64,000 nt of DNA. Origin: Octopus sinensis (lineage: Eukaryota). A program made the position numbers and the translations under genes. How positions within the stretch are numbered: position 1 is the stretch's first letter; every line of letters starts with the position of its first letter. The DNA lies in assembly GCF_006345805.1 (NCBI RefSeq), contig NC_043016.1:19654001-19718000 (forward strand), given 5' to 3'. Shown piece after piece: positions 12,290-25,547 of the stretch. The notes beneath the pieces are model-generated. The model ran no database searches. It was not told where the DNA came from and saw only the letters and a program-made list of their open reading frames with translations.

Positions 12290-12699
12290 TCTTTTACTTG
12301 TTTGTCATTTGACTGTGGCCATGCTGGAGCACCGCCTTCAGTCGAGCAAATCGACCCCAGGACTTATTCTTTGAAGTTTAGTACTTATTCTATTGGTCTC
12401 TTTTTGCCGAACCACTAAGTTACGGGGACGTAAACACATCAGCATTGGTTGTCAAGCTATATTAGGGGGACAAACACAGACACATAAACATACACACACA
12501 CATATATATTTTATATATATATATATATATACATATACGTGACGGGCTTCTTTCAGTTTCCATCTACCAAATCCACTCAGAAGGCTTTGGTTGGCCCGAG
12601 GCTATAGTAGAAGACACTTGCCCAAGGTGCCACGCAGTGGGAATGAATCTGGAACCATGTGGTTGGTAAACAAGTTACTAACCACACATCCACTCCTGC
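12290..12699 (-). mobile_element. CORE-like SINE, family B
   Basis: Reverse complement of the 6976-7372 type. Confidence 0.85.
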
Positions 12700-13816
12700 A
12701 AATTGGCAAAAGTTTTTAAAAAAATTATTTCTATTTCTGATGGTAAAAAAAAAAAGTAATAGGAAAAATACTAAATTACTTGCTTATTATAATACCAGAA
12801 CATGAAGTTGTGATTTTGGGGGGTGGGGGAATGGGGAGAGTTGTGTTTTATTGAATATACTGAAGAATATGGGAGAATATACTGAGGAGTATTAGTTTTG
12901 AGAGAGACAGAGAGTTTTGTGGTTGGGAAAATCAGTGACAGACTAATGGATGCACAGAAACATTCCAAGAAAATGCCAGAAATAAAGCATGCTGAACTGT
13001 TTCCCTATGTGAGAAATTAGAGAAAGATATATACTTGGCCATGTGAATTACATGAAAAAGGAATTGTTATCAACAGCAGGAATCATCATTTTAATGTCCA
13101 CATTTGCACGCTTGCATGCAGAATTTGTTTTGGCAGTTTTTCTATAGCTGGATGCCCTTCTTGTCACCAACCTTCACTTGTTTCCAAATAAGGTTATATT
13201 TCTCCTTGACCAGACATGTTTTCATGGAAGATTAATAATGAAGTATACTGCTCACATAATGACGATGATTGTGATGATGATACTTGTTTACAATCATCAT
13301 GTGATGTCAATATTAGGAGACAGTAACACACACAAACGCACATATATGTACATACATATATATAGAGGCTTCTTTCAGCTTCCATTTACCAGATTCACTC
13401 ACAAGTTTTTGGTAAGTTCAGGTCTATTGTTTGAAGACACTTGCCCAAAATGCTACACAGTAGGACTGAACCTGAAACCATTTGGTTGGGAAGCAAACTT
13501 CTTACCACACAGCCACACCTGCACTTCACAATAGCTGTAAGTTCCATGCCTCAACTGGGTTGCATACAAGAGACATGAATAGCAATGGGTTGGCATTATT
13601 ACATCAGTGTATAGATAGAAGTGATTGACTCTAGGCTGTCATTAATTATTTCTATGAACTTCTGAAACCAGGAATGATATGATTTAAAAAAAAAAAAAAT
13701 TTGTAAATGTTCCTTTCATTCAAACACAATCTCATGAATTTATATACTCAACCTGATGCCATGTAAAAAGTTCCTGTGCTGGTGCCGTATAAAAAGCACC
13801 CAGTACACTGTAAAGT

Positions 13817-14208
13817 GAGCTGGCAGAACTGTTAGCATGCCAGGCGAAATCCTTAGCGGTATTTTATCTGCCGTTATGTTCTGAGTTCAAATTCTGCCAA
13901 GGTCAACTTTGCCTTTCATCCTTTCGGAGTCAATTAAATAAGTACCAGTTACGCACTGGAGTCGATATAATCGACTTAATCCATTTGTCTGTCCTTGTTT
14001 GTCCTCTCTGTGTTTAGCCCCTCGTGGTTAGCAAAGAAATAGGTATTTCATCTGCCGCTACATTCTGAGTTCAAATTCTGCCGAGGTCGATTTTGCTTTT
14101 CATCCTTTTGGAGTCAATAAATTAAGTACCAGTTAAGTATTGGGGTTGATGTTATTGACTTACCCCTTCCCCAGAGATTTCAGGCCTTGTGCCTATAGCA
14201 GAAAGGAT
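13817..14208 (+). mobile_element. Two tandem family-A SINE copies interrupting an RTE-tail element
   Basis: Full copy 13817-14045 followed by a headless variant. RTE-tail sequence resumes at ~14210 (GAAGGCCATCCAACCGTAGAAAC). Confidence 0.75.
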
Positions 14209-15242
14209 TATGAAGGCCATCCAACCGTAGAAACCATGTCAGGGCAGACAATTGGAGCCTGATGCAGCTCTCTAGCTTGTCAGCTCCTGTTAGACTGTTC
14301 AGCCCGTGCCAGCATGAAAAATGGCTGTTAAATGGTGATGATGATGATGATAATCCTTTCATGTGTGCAAAGCATATACACTGGCCTCTACGAAGTGGCT
14401 GCAATGCTCATTTGATGTGGCATATGTTACAACCCAACCAGGAATGATGATGATTTAAAAGCAATGGCTGCACCATTGAAACACATTGCTATGGTTCTTT
14501 TACTTGTTTCAGTTAGTGGATTGTGGCCATGTTGGAGAACTGCCTTAAAGGATTTTAGTCAAACAAATCAACCCCTTTTATTTTTTTGTTTTTTTTTGTT
14601 AAGACAAGTACTTATTGTATCAGCTTCGTTTCCTAAGTTATGTAAACAAACCAATACCAGTTGTCAAGTAATGGTGGGAAACAAACATAAACACACATAC
14701 ACCATTTTTTTTAGTTTCTGTCTACCAAATCCACTCGGGTTTTACCCGACCCGTGTCTATAGCATGAGACACTTGCCCTAGGTGTAGGACTGAACCCAGA
14801 ACCATATTGTTGAGAAGCAAACTTCTTAGAATACAGCCACACCTGTGGTTCCGAAGACTTTAGCTTGTATTAACAATAATTGCGATTATTTCCGCTAAAT
14901 GTATTAATTATTTGAATGTGACTGCAAGCTGTGTTGCAAACACTATTCGTAGAGAGAAACATGTGATTTGTGTATGGGTCAAAGACTGCTACCAAAAGAT
15001 TATAAACACAGTGTGACTTATCTATTGCCGTGATTTATCTATCATTGTGACTTATCTACCTCTTTAACTTGTCTGCTACTGTGGTTTATAAATGAATACA
15101 TAGGTAGAAACTTTGCTGTCTAGTTATAAAGTTTACTTCATCAACAGTTGGTTTTAGGTTCAGCCCTGTTGTGTGCCTTTGAGGTTTGTGAGTGAATGTC
15201 TGACTGACAGAAATTATGCTGAACCACAGTGTATGTGTGTGC

Positions 15243-15430
15243 CATGATAGATCGTTAGCCACTATACACATTTTTTTCTCTCTTTGTTTTTTCTGTGTCC
15301 CTTCCTGTAGAAGAGCGTAGGCTCGAAACATAAAAGACTTTTTCTATTCCTGAGCATTATAATAATACATCTGTTTGCTTTGTACACCACCTGTCTTCGT
15401 CTTTTGTTTTTTTTGGTAAACTCTCCCTGT
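15243..15430 (+). mobile_element. Penelope-like tail fragment with hammerhead-like motif at 15301-15336
   Basis: CTTC-CTGTAGA-A-GAGC-GTAG-GCTC-GAAA-CA-TA-AAAG: perfect 4-bp stem II and GAAA, variant U-turn core. Confidence 0.5.
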
Positions 15431-15884
15431 ATGTTTGTGTAGTTGTTTCTCACTGCTTGACAGCAGTACTGGTTTGTTAATGTCTCCCATAACTTAGTGG
15501 TTCAGCAAAAAAGAGACCAATAGTATAAGGTGTCTGATGTAAAATATATATTGGAGCTGATTTGATCAACGAAACCTCGAGGTTATACACCATCAAAGGC
15601 TGTAGTACAATGACTGAAACAAACAAAAGAATATACAGTAATCAAGCTTTTAATTAATTAATTATCAGAAGGGTTTCTTAAAGAATTAATAAAAAGAAAA
15701 TATTGCTGGCACATGACTTTAAGTATTTAGAATTTATTTTATATCAAATAAAAATGAATACTTTTTAAAAATATTTCTTCAATATTTTATACTGGAATTA
15801 ATTCATTCTACTAAAAGACTTCAAAGCAGTGCTCCAGCATGGTTGCAGTCCAATGAATGAAACCAGTAAAAGATGAAAGATATT

Positions 15885-16200
15885 GTCATTTATTTATTCT
15901 TAATATTATTGATTTGACTCGGGCTCAGTCTTATTCCTGGTAGGATTTATGTGGGTAGTGGATTATTATCTGTAATCTTAGATGGCCACTATCTTTCAAT
16001 AGTCTTTCAGGAGCTTAGAACTCTCTTGATAATCTTTCCTGTCCCTGAGAGGCAAACTTTCTGTAGAAGTTCTACAGGACATTCTATTTTAGTCTCTTTC
16101 AACCATTTGTCAGTATCTTTATTTAGAGTTCCCAATGCACCAACTATTATAGGCACGACTTTTATGCTTTTCATATTGCAAATTATTATTAGTTTGTCCA
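15885..16200 (-). mobile_element. 3' fragment of an RLE-type (R4/Dong-like) non-LTR retrotransposon
   Basis: CNMKSIKVVPIIVGALGTLNKDTDKWLKETKIECPVELLQKVCLSGTGKIIKRVLSS* matches the R4/Dong C-terminal pattern V.PIIVGALG...LQK.CL.GT..I.R.VL. TAA-rich tail. Confidence 0.75.
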
Positions 16201-16242
16201 ATAGTAAAAGTAGAAAAAAAATCAACCTGAAAATTTGTAAAT

Positions 16243-16610
16243 GCATTAGCTGGTAAAGCAATGCAGAGAAGCCAAGGCTGGCAGGCATGTTGCAAGCTAA
16301 CTGAAGCAAGTCGCCAAGGTTTTGTTGGGTGTTCACTCTGCAAAGCTTTCACCAGGCTTGGAGTTACTGGTGCAGTGACAAAGAAGGCTAAATATTCCAT
16401 CAATGAAACTGCTGAGAAGGCCACTAGATGGCTTTGGATAGAGAGGATAAAGCAGTGGTTTGCTATTGCTGAGAGGCAAGCTGGGACTTTTGTCAATCCC
16501 AACTGGGAGAAGGAGTCTGATTTTGAAATACCTGAAACTCCCTCTATAAGATCCCAAGAACATTACCAATGGTGCATTTCAGAGCATCCATGAGATGTGT
16601 CTTGTAACTG
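16243..16610 (+). mobile_element. 3' fragment of an RLE-type (HERO-like) non-LTR retrotransposon
   Basis: QRSQGWQACCKLTEASRQGFVGCSLCKAFTRLGVTG...AEKATRWLWIER matches the HERO C-terminal pattern QGW.A.C..IEVG.RGF.G.SL...LG..G...AEKA.RWLWI.R. Confidence 0.75.
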
Positions 16611-17182
16611 ACATGACTAATATATTAATGAATTAGGTGAAGATTGATAATTTTCTGAATGAAAGCGGAGGAATATTGCAAAGTAAATGCAGTCTCTGTG
16701 CATATAAACTTGAAGCTTCCTATTATACAGTGTGGTGAAAAAAAATATAGATAATATGATAGTTTAAAATAAACAAGCTGTATACTGAAGTGAGTAGCGT
16801 TATAGATTTACAATTGTTAAGGTGAACACAGGTTTGTTACAGGAGGAGTGGAAGTATCTTATTTCTTATGACAAAGCTACAGAAGAACTATTTAACAATA
16901 AGTGACTGTATCAGGTTTCCATCAAACAGCAGAGCATGCATTTGGCTGAGTACCAAATACCAATAAGGAAATTAGGTGTGTTATAAGTGTTTCATAAAAG
17001 TTAGTAATGGATTTGATATTTAGAATAGATATTGTGTCGTTGCATCTGTGGTCTTGTTGTCTTTTCTTGAGCAAGCCTATGTTTCTGTTCAGATAGTGAA
17101 ATAATGTTTGTATTATGCGGAAGAAGTGACATCTAATGTTCCAAGCAGAGACATTTGTCACGAAAAGTTGTGACTGAAATAC

Positions 17183-17610
17183 TCTTTTACTCTCTCTTTT
17201 ACTCTTTTATTTGTTTCAGTCATGTGACTGTGGCCATGCTGGAGCACTGCCTTTAGTCGAGCAAATCGACCCCAGGAAGCCTAGTACTTATTCTATTGGG
17301 CTCTTTTGCCGAACCGCTAAGTTACGGGGACGTAAACACACCAGCATCGGTTGTCAAGCGATGTTGGGGGGGACAAACACAGACACACAAACATATAAAC
17401 GCACATACATAAATATATATACATATATACAACAGGCTTCTTTCAGTTTCTGTCTACCAAATCCACTCACAAGGCTTTGGTCAGCCCGAGGCTATAGTAG
17501 AAGACACTTGCCCAAGGTGCCACGCAGTGGGACTGAACCCGGAACCATGTGGCTGGTAAGTAAGCTACTTACCACACAGCCACTCCTATGCCTATATTTC
17601 ATTTATCTTT
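17183..17610 (-). mobile_element. CORE-like SINE, family B (young, CpG-rich)
   Basis: Near full-length with (TCTTTTAC)n tail. Confidence 0.9.
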
Positions 17611-18609
17611 GTCCTCATAATGTAAGATTTATTTTCCATTTAAAAAAACAAACAAACTATTTTCTGATGTTTACCATCAGTAGTTTTGATCACTAGTTTT
17701 CCCTGAGTATCTATTGTTATCTCTATATTGTTTAGCCACAAGCCAGCCTTAAACAGTAAGATTTATGATCAAATTTCTTTCAGCCATGACCAGTCTACAT
17801 TTTGCGGATATTTGTATAGCACCAACTTTCTGGATACTAATTGACCAGAACCTCTTTTAATCTATGCTAATATATGTGCAGGAACTTAAAATTCCCACAG
17901 CCACTAGACTATTTTACTGGTACTGTGTACAGTGTTAATAATAAACTTTATCATTTATAATAATGTATAGCTTCCTGTACTTTATTTAATTAAGTGAATT
18001 AATATTTAATTTAGTGTGTTTTGACCAAGGTGACTGTCCCTAGTTCAGAAAAATCAGTAGTCTGGAAAGGCTTTTGGAACTAAACATTATGGAAAATCAA
18101 TGTTATGCCTCCATCTAGGACTTCTTTTGTAGATATCTAAGATATTTGGTTGTTATTTCTAGCACACAGATTAGCTCATAGTGGTTTTTCTTATTAGGCC
18201 CATAGCAATAAATGTATGCTCTACCTATATCTGGTCAAATAAAACATCTGATTTGGATTGTGGCAATGCTATGTTTTTGTTCTAAAATTTAGTCATGAAA
18301 TATATGGTCTCCATTTTAACTATATTTTGACTATATTTTAACTATATTTTGACTATATTTTAATGAAGCTCTTCGGATTTTAATTAATTTTTTTAAATAT
18401 GTTAGAATTTGAAAGAAATTTATAAAATCCTATTCCGAACTAATTTTGTCCAACTATTTGTTGTTGTAGTTGTTGATCATCCCTAATTGATCAAATCCAT
18501 AATCAAAAGTGTTCCAGCTTTGACCATTTCATCTTTTTTAGATTACATTATCCAGTTCTTTCCTTCTTTGAAATGGTACGGTGTGGCTGGAAAGAGATTT
18601 GGTTGCTTT

Positions 18610-18681
18610 AACGTGTTGGACAAATCTATTTCTAACATGTTGGACAAGTCTATTTCTAACATGTTGGGCTAGTCTCTTTCT
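18610..18681. repeat. 24-bp tandem repeat, 3 copies
   Basis: AACATGTTGGACAAGTCTATTTCT units at 18610, 18634 and 18658. Confidence 0.85.
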
Positions 18682-18699
18682 TTGGTTTGTATTATTTAA

Positions 18700-18919
18700 C
18701 CCTTTCGTTACCAACCCGGCTGAAACCGGCTCTGGCTCTGAGTACAAATGTCTTGTTTTCATAAGTTTTGAATTAAAATCTTCCACCAAACCTTAGTCAC
18801 AATTTATGTTCCTAACACTAGCTTAATGATAATTAAGTTATTTTTACTAAATATTTTGTTATATTTAAAGTAATTGAAAAAACACAGAGCATCTCAACAG
18901 AAATACAGTAATAAAAGGG
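18700..18919. mobile_element. piggyBac-type MITE, family 1
   Basis: TTAA TSDs, CCCTTTCGTTAC / GTAATAAAAGGG TIRs, near-identical to 4969-5189. Confidence 0.85.
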
Positions 18920-19387
18920 TTAATGATATTTTGCAGTATCCTGAGCAAAGTGTACTTATCCCATATATGCCCATATATGCCCATAAAAAAATGAAGTCTT
19001 AAAATTTCACTGTATTTAGATTAAACATTATGGTAAGCTTTCACAATCTGGAAGGGAAGGGCAATATGCAACTGTTAGCTGCGGGTGTTGATTACAAAAC
19101 ATTTCTTATGCTCTGCCAGATGCTTCCCGGTGAGTTCATGTCCAGACAAGCAGGAGTAGGTTTTGCATTGTAAAAAGCACAACCAGGGGTATATGTGGGT
19201 TGTCAACTCAAGCCTTGTGAATGAAAATGGATAAACAGAAATTGTGTGGAAGCTTGTTGGTCATACTCTATGTATAACCTAATGATCTGCCATCACATGC
19301 TGTGTCCCGCTTATTCTGCCTGAAAAATTACATCAATGTCTGTGGAATGTTCAGCATGCTAATTACATACTAATCTAACGAGCAGTT

Positions 19388-19802
19388 TACTCTTTTACTC
19401 TTTTACTCTTTTACTTGTTTCAGTCATTTGACTGCGGCCATGCTGGAGCACCGCCTTTTATCGAGCAACTCGACCCCGGGACTTATTCTCTTTGTAAGCC
19501 CAGTACTTATTCTATCGGTCTCTTTTGCCGAACCGCTAAGTAACGGGGGACATAAACACACCAGCATCGGTTGTCAAGCAATGCTAGGGGACAAACAGAC
19601 ACACAAACACACACACGCATATATATATATACATATATGCAACGGGCTTCTTTCAGTTTCCGTCTACCAAATCCACTCACAAGGCTTTGGTTGGCCCGAG
19701 GCTATAGTAGAAGACACTTGCCCAAGGTGCCACGCAGTGGGACTGAACCCGGAACCATGTGGTTGGTAGACAAGCTACTTACCACACAGCCACTCCTGCG
19801 CC
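19388..19802 (-). mobile_element. CORE-like SINE, family B
   Basis: Near full-length, highly similar to 17183-17610. Confidence 0.9.
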
Positions 19803-20649
19803 TATATTGATGAATATTCATCATGAAAACTGATGGAAGCCCATTTTATTTTAAACTGTTGACTAGAACAGTACTGTACTTCTGTGTTTAGTTATAGTAC
19901 CGAATGGCTGGCCACATACATGCTAATTGAATAAAAGACTTGTGGGGTGTCTTACATGCTAATTTCATTGCTGATATCAACAGATCCATTTTACTTTAAT
20001 TTGAAGTTTGGAATGTAATTTAGCAAAAAGGTCTTATATAATGTAAGGTGGTTTTGTATCAAAGAATCAGTGGCAGTTTAAAGGATTTAGGGAACTAAGG
20101 CTCTCTTAGTCCTGTGGTTTGTATTATAGTGAAACAGTAGGATTCTAGGAAACTAGGTCTATGTTGTAAATGATAAGTATAAAAATTAAGAGATAAACAA
20201 TGGCATTTCATGTAGGACACCATCATCAGTTGATTGTTGCAGGCTTTGAAGAATTATCTTAACTGTTAATTTTTGCTAATGGAATTGGGTAGCATATCCT
20301 GACTGTGTTTGTCTAGAACCTCAATGTTTTATAAAATGTCTCTAAGGCTTTATGAGAAATAGTGGTAATTAAGCTAATTGTATGCAATTATTGAATGATA
20401 TAATATTGGACAGAGCTACGGTAAGAGCTGGATGAAAAACTTGTGGCGTGTCTTGCTTGCGTATTAAATCCATTACCAACATGCTATACATCTGTTTGAG
20501 CTGAGAAGTCTTTGAGACTTCAAGAACAATAACATGCATAACAATTACAACTGCTATTCCTTTTTTTTTTATTAATTTATATTTCATTTTGGAAACAGTA
20601 GTGTCATTGATTTTAAGTTTCTAATAGCTCACTGTATTTCTTGCAATAG

Positions 20650-20695
20650 GAGTGATAAAGAGATCTACCAAACTTGGGTAGAACGCATACAAGAT
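20650..20695 (+). CDS. Candidate 46-nt coding exon (phase 2 to 0), SDKEIYQTWVERIQD
   Basis: gtatttcttgcaatAG acceptor, GAT|GTAATT donor, only one open frame, phase-compatible with the 37701 acceptor. Confidence 0.5.
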
Positions 20696-23099
20696 GTAAT
20701 TTTGCTGAAAAGCAGTTTTCTTAAGAATGTTCACATGTGTCTATACACACAAGATGTATAAATTCTTTGGGACGTGTGCTTTTTTTGTGTTGTTTTTGTT
20801 ATTTAATCTAGGATAGCCCTGATATACAGACTAATGATCAAAGGCTTTCCAGCCTTGACTATCTCATCTTTTACTCAGATAGTGAACCTTGAACTACGTT
20901 ATCCAATGTGTTCTTCCATTTTTAAAAATTATTTAAAAATATTTTTAAGACTAATATGTAATTTGAGATATTTGGCTGCTATATGTAGCGGGTTAGGCAA
21001 TTGATCATATTGTGTCCAATTCATTTTGTATTTATCCAGTTAGTCAATCTACTGTAGATTCTTTGATTAAACAAACTACTACTACTACTACCATCACCAC
21101 CAGTAGTAGTGGTGGTAGTGAAGCCAAAGTGGATTTGTTAGTATATAAGGATCATAATACATTGAAATTCACTGGAGGGAATTGGCAGCCCAGCATATTT
21201 TTCACTCACCAGGTGTTAATTTACAAAGGTAGAACAGGTATTTTTGGTGCAGTTAAGTGCATTGTCATAACTAACAGATAGACGGAGGAGCACTCGGATC
21301 AAGCTTTGGGGATTTCAGAACTAGGCTAATCTAATTAGTAGTGGCAATAAAAGTCTAGAAATGTATAAGGGCCTGAATTAGTTGGAAATAAGTTATAGAA
21401 CTGTCAATTAACACTTCATCGTCCTACCTTTCTAAACCTACCTACAGACATACCTTTATGCTTGCATATTTAGCTATATATATATATGCTATTCTACTGA
21501 CTTACCTCCTCACCTCTGGTACTTACTCTGTCTTGTCTACATGTCTGCCTGTATGTCTACATTCTGTCTCTCTGTCTGTCTACATGTCTGTCTTCCTATG
21601 TTTCTCTATGTATCTGCCTGTCTCTTTGCACATCTGTGTACATGAATGCATTCTGTTCACATATCTGTTTGTTTGTTCATCTATGTGTCAGCCTGTCTGT
21701 CTACATATCTGTTTGTCAGTCTGTCAGACAAATTGTCTGTTGTTTATTTGTCTGGTTGCATATCTATCTTTCTAGCCAGCTTCCTGTCTAGCTAGCTACC
21801 TTGCTAGCTAACTATCTTCCCTCTATCATCTACCTACCTACCTATTTACCTACTACCTTCCATCTCTTTCTCTTTAAGCTTGTATACTTGGCTTTCTATC
21901 TGAAAGATAGATTATAATGGTGTATATTTTAGAAACATGATGCTATGTAAAACACCACCTCATCATTTGGCAATAAAAGCAGAAATCTCACAAAAGCCAT
22001 GACAGGAAATTAAATATATCTATAAGTCTGAGAAATGGAATTTAGGTGAGAACTTCAGACTGATTGAATAGAAGTTGAGGTTAACAGGAAAAACTATCAA
22101 CAACAGATGGAAAAAGCCGTTTTGCAACTCTGCTCCATCCAAGTTGCTGAATAATAATAATAATAACAATAATAATAATAAAAATAATAATAATAATTCT
22201 TTCTACTATAGCCAAGGTCTGAAATTTGTGGGGAAAGAATAAGTTGATTATATCGGACCCAGCGTGTAATTGGTACTTATTTGATCCCAAAAGGATTAAA
22301 GGCAAAGTCAATTTCAGTGGGATTTGAACTCAGAATGAGTGATGGACAAAATGCCACTAACCTTTTTCCTCAGTGTATTAATAATTCTGCCAGCTCATTG
22401 ATGATGATGATGATGATTTACTTGCCACCATGGGGTCAATTAAAAAGACTGATATAATAAATTATTGGGCTTTATATAGAAAGTTAAATGTGAGAAAAAA
22501 AAAGATATATTATAGTATGCTCTATACAGATAATAATTGATGATCTTTCAGAAGTTGAGTGGGGAAGGAAGCTTGACCAAAGAGGGAAAGTGTGTCTTTA
22601 GACCTTTCAGCTTTGTCCAATACACAACTTATGCTACAGCCACCAAACAGAGGAAAACTGCTTTCCCTTCCCAGTTACAGGGTGGCTTTGTGGCAATCAT
22701 TACAATGGATATAGCCAATGATTGTTTCTTTCTTGCTGTCTAACATAACTCTGCGAGTCAGCAATGTCTGAACGCTGAATAGAAGCATGCAAAATGGTTT
22801 CGCTGTTCTACAATCATCTCAGACAGAACCATGATTAGCAATGACAAGCCAAGCAAAACTCTGGGCAGTGATGAAAATCAACTAGCTGGTCTGTTCTGGA
22901 AGACTGTCAGACTAGTGCCCATGGATAATTTCCAAAATCCTTGGCCTGACAATGCTACCAGCGGATATTGATCGAGATAAACTCCGAAGGCATGGAAGTG
23001 CCATCAGCTAGGCCTATCAAAGATGCATGAACTGTGGTGAAACTGTTCCACAAGCACCCATTCAATGCCTACGCATTGCTGACTTGTGGAGTTATACCT

Positions 23100-23328
23100 A
23101 TTTCTTTACTACCCACAAGGGGCTAAACACAGAGGGGTCAAACAAGGACAGACAAATGGATCAATTCGATGACATCGACCCCAGTGTGTAACTGGTACTT
23201 AATTTATCGACCCCAAAAAGATGAAAGGCAAAGTCGACCTCGGTGGAATTTGAACTTAGAAGGTAATGGCAGATGAAATACGGCTATGCATTTCGCCCGG
23301 CGTGCTAACGTTTCTGCCAGCTCACCTT
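23100..23328 (-). mobile_element. tRNA-derived SINE, family A
   Basis: Family A sequence on the minus strand. Confidence 0.9.
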
Positions 23329-24660
23329 GTGGAGTTATACCATACACCTGCTGCTATGTTGGGTGGATCCTGTTATCAGCTGAGTTTATTATGAAGATTA
23401 TCCTGCTACCATCCTTTGGCTGAGGTCTGGTAATGTTTATCTTTCTGAAGACTTTAGTGAAAGTCATTGTGTGTTGGACAAATCTGAAAGAGCTAAAGAC
23501 AGACCCCTTCCTCATTAGCCAAGACCTCATCAACTTTTTCAAGTAAAGGAAAGTGGGGGCAGAGAGAAATGTACTGTTTTATAGCAAATTTGTTGAAATG
23601 CGATTGAAAGTGGTAAGCACAGTCCATGTGAAGGGTCCTGCTCTGTCACATGTGCTTTTAACCTGAAGTAGGACAACTGGCAAGGACACATGCTGCAGCG
23701 ACCAAGGTGGCAGTTTTGTAGGGTTTCCTCAAGTAGTCACCTTCCATTTGGAAAGCCATTTTTTGAATATTTTTGTTTCTGTTATTTTCATTTTTTACAT
23801 ATTTTCTTTTTGTTATCCCACACTGATGCTTTGTGTCATCCTTGATGTTTTTGTCAACCCTTGTTGGTTAATAAAAAATAATTAGTAGTATTGTTAATAA
23901 TAATAATAATAATAATAGTACTGCATTGAATACCTTTCCTCATGTTTTTTTGTATACTAACATACATGTGTGTGACTCTGAGTTTATATATTGCTTGCTT
24001 AAACAAATAACCAGAAAGCCTGTTGACCAATTGACAATTGAGCCTTCTATAGTTTCTTTTGTTCTCTAATTGTTCATAATGTTAGTTTAGGAATGGAATG
24101 TAATTCTATGCAAAAGGAAGTAAGTCTACTGACTGGCCTTGTACCACAAGCTTTGGCCATCTTCAGAATGGTGTTATAGAGCTATTTGTTCTGATTTACT
24201 AAAGATGACAAACATAAATAGGTGTTGGCTGAAAACTCACCAATCCTTTCTCTTCCTTGATTACAAAGGAGATCTTCATTTAATGTATTAATTAGTTGTG
24301 CTGTTAGGAAAAAAAAAAAGTGAGAATGGTTTAAACAGTAAATTGCTCAACAGACTTTCTGGTTGTTTGCCACATTTATTACACAGTTGAAGTTTCTTTC
24401 ACGAGGTTGTCCCTCTATTAACAGGAAATAATTGCCCATATGTAGAGAGTGACAACTAAACTATGATATAAACTTTGTTGTTTGGATATGACTAACACCA
24501 ATTAATCAAATCATAACTATTATCATAAAATCAAATCATGGACGCATGTAGCTCTGAGATGCAAAAATTAACAAATGCTGATAGTAACTGCTTTTTGGGT
24601 GAAACATGATGGCAGACCATATCACTTCAGTCTGGAAATATTTCACAATATTAATATATA

Positions 24661-24783
24661 ATGGATAGGCGAAGTGGTGGAAATAATAACAGCAATGAGA
24701 ATAACCATATTGGTTATAGGAACTATGTTAACGAACCAAAGTGTTCATGTTACCTGACGGGTCAGGAAGGTTACAACAAAAAG
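24661..24783 (+). CDS. Candidate alternative first coding exon, MDRRSGGNNNSNENNHIGYRNYVNEPKCSCYLTGQEGYNKK
   Basis: ATG follows an in-frame TAA (24652-24654). 41 open codons end exactly at a strong phase-0 donor AAG|GTATGC, in phase with the 37701 exon. Confidence 0.45.
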
Positions 24784-25486
24784 GTATGCTTATCTCTTTT
24801 ATTATGTGTCGTGGTTGTTTTTCAAAACTGAATATTGTAATTGTGGAACTCTCTCTTCCTCCTTCAAAAAAAAAGAAAAGAAAAGAAAAGAAAAATGTAA
24901 GGGGAAAAAAAACATTCTGGCTTCATATCTGTCTTCTGTTGTGTTTCTTCTATATATGGTAAATATCTGTGCTAGAAGTATTGATGTTGTTTTGTATTGC
25001 TCACTCGTACTTTTTTTTAACATAGGCACTGGGATATGATTAAGGTTTTCACTTACTTTTTAATTTTAATTACATTAGAAGATGAAGTTAGTGCATAAAC
25101 AGAAACAACACATTGTTGATGACTAAGAATTGCATTTTTCTTTGCTTTCTTAACATACTGTAATACCTAATGGTATGCAATGAGAGATATTATGGTAGCC
25201 AAAAGCTTTGATTAAATGGTTATCAAGCTGAGGTTACTAGAGCTAACTACCTGTTCCAAGACCACCACAAATGGAGTGAGCCTAATTGGGTTGCTCAAAT
25301 GTTAGAAATAGCAATGAAATATCTATCAAATACACCCTACTATCATAAAAAAAAGGAAATGTTGGATAATGTGGCCCTAGTCGGATTGCATCTAATAAAG
25401 TCTAGATGGTCATGACTGGCTGCCTTTGGTCATGTATGTATGCATGTGTATCTATGTGGGTAGGGATGTGTGTGTGTGTATATATA

Positions 25487-25547
<61 letters not shown>

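Noticed and set aside
16514-16542. Hammerhead-like GGAGT-CTGATTT...GAAACTCC in the HERO-like 3' UTR
   Set aside because: The core is not CUGANGA and there is no stem II. At most this is a simple hairpin.
17211-17696. 161-aa ORF and similar ORFs at 7009-7403, 19428-19810, 403-600, 1083-1391 and 58342-58626
   Set aside because: They lie entirely within SINE copies. The recurring peptides reflect repeat homology, not genes.
11275-18681. CRISPR-like arrays from the 33-bp and 24-bp tandem repeats
   Set aside because: The units are contiguous with no unique spacers, the context is eukaryotic and there are no cas genes.
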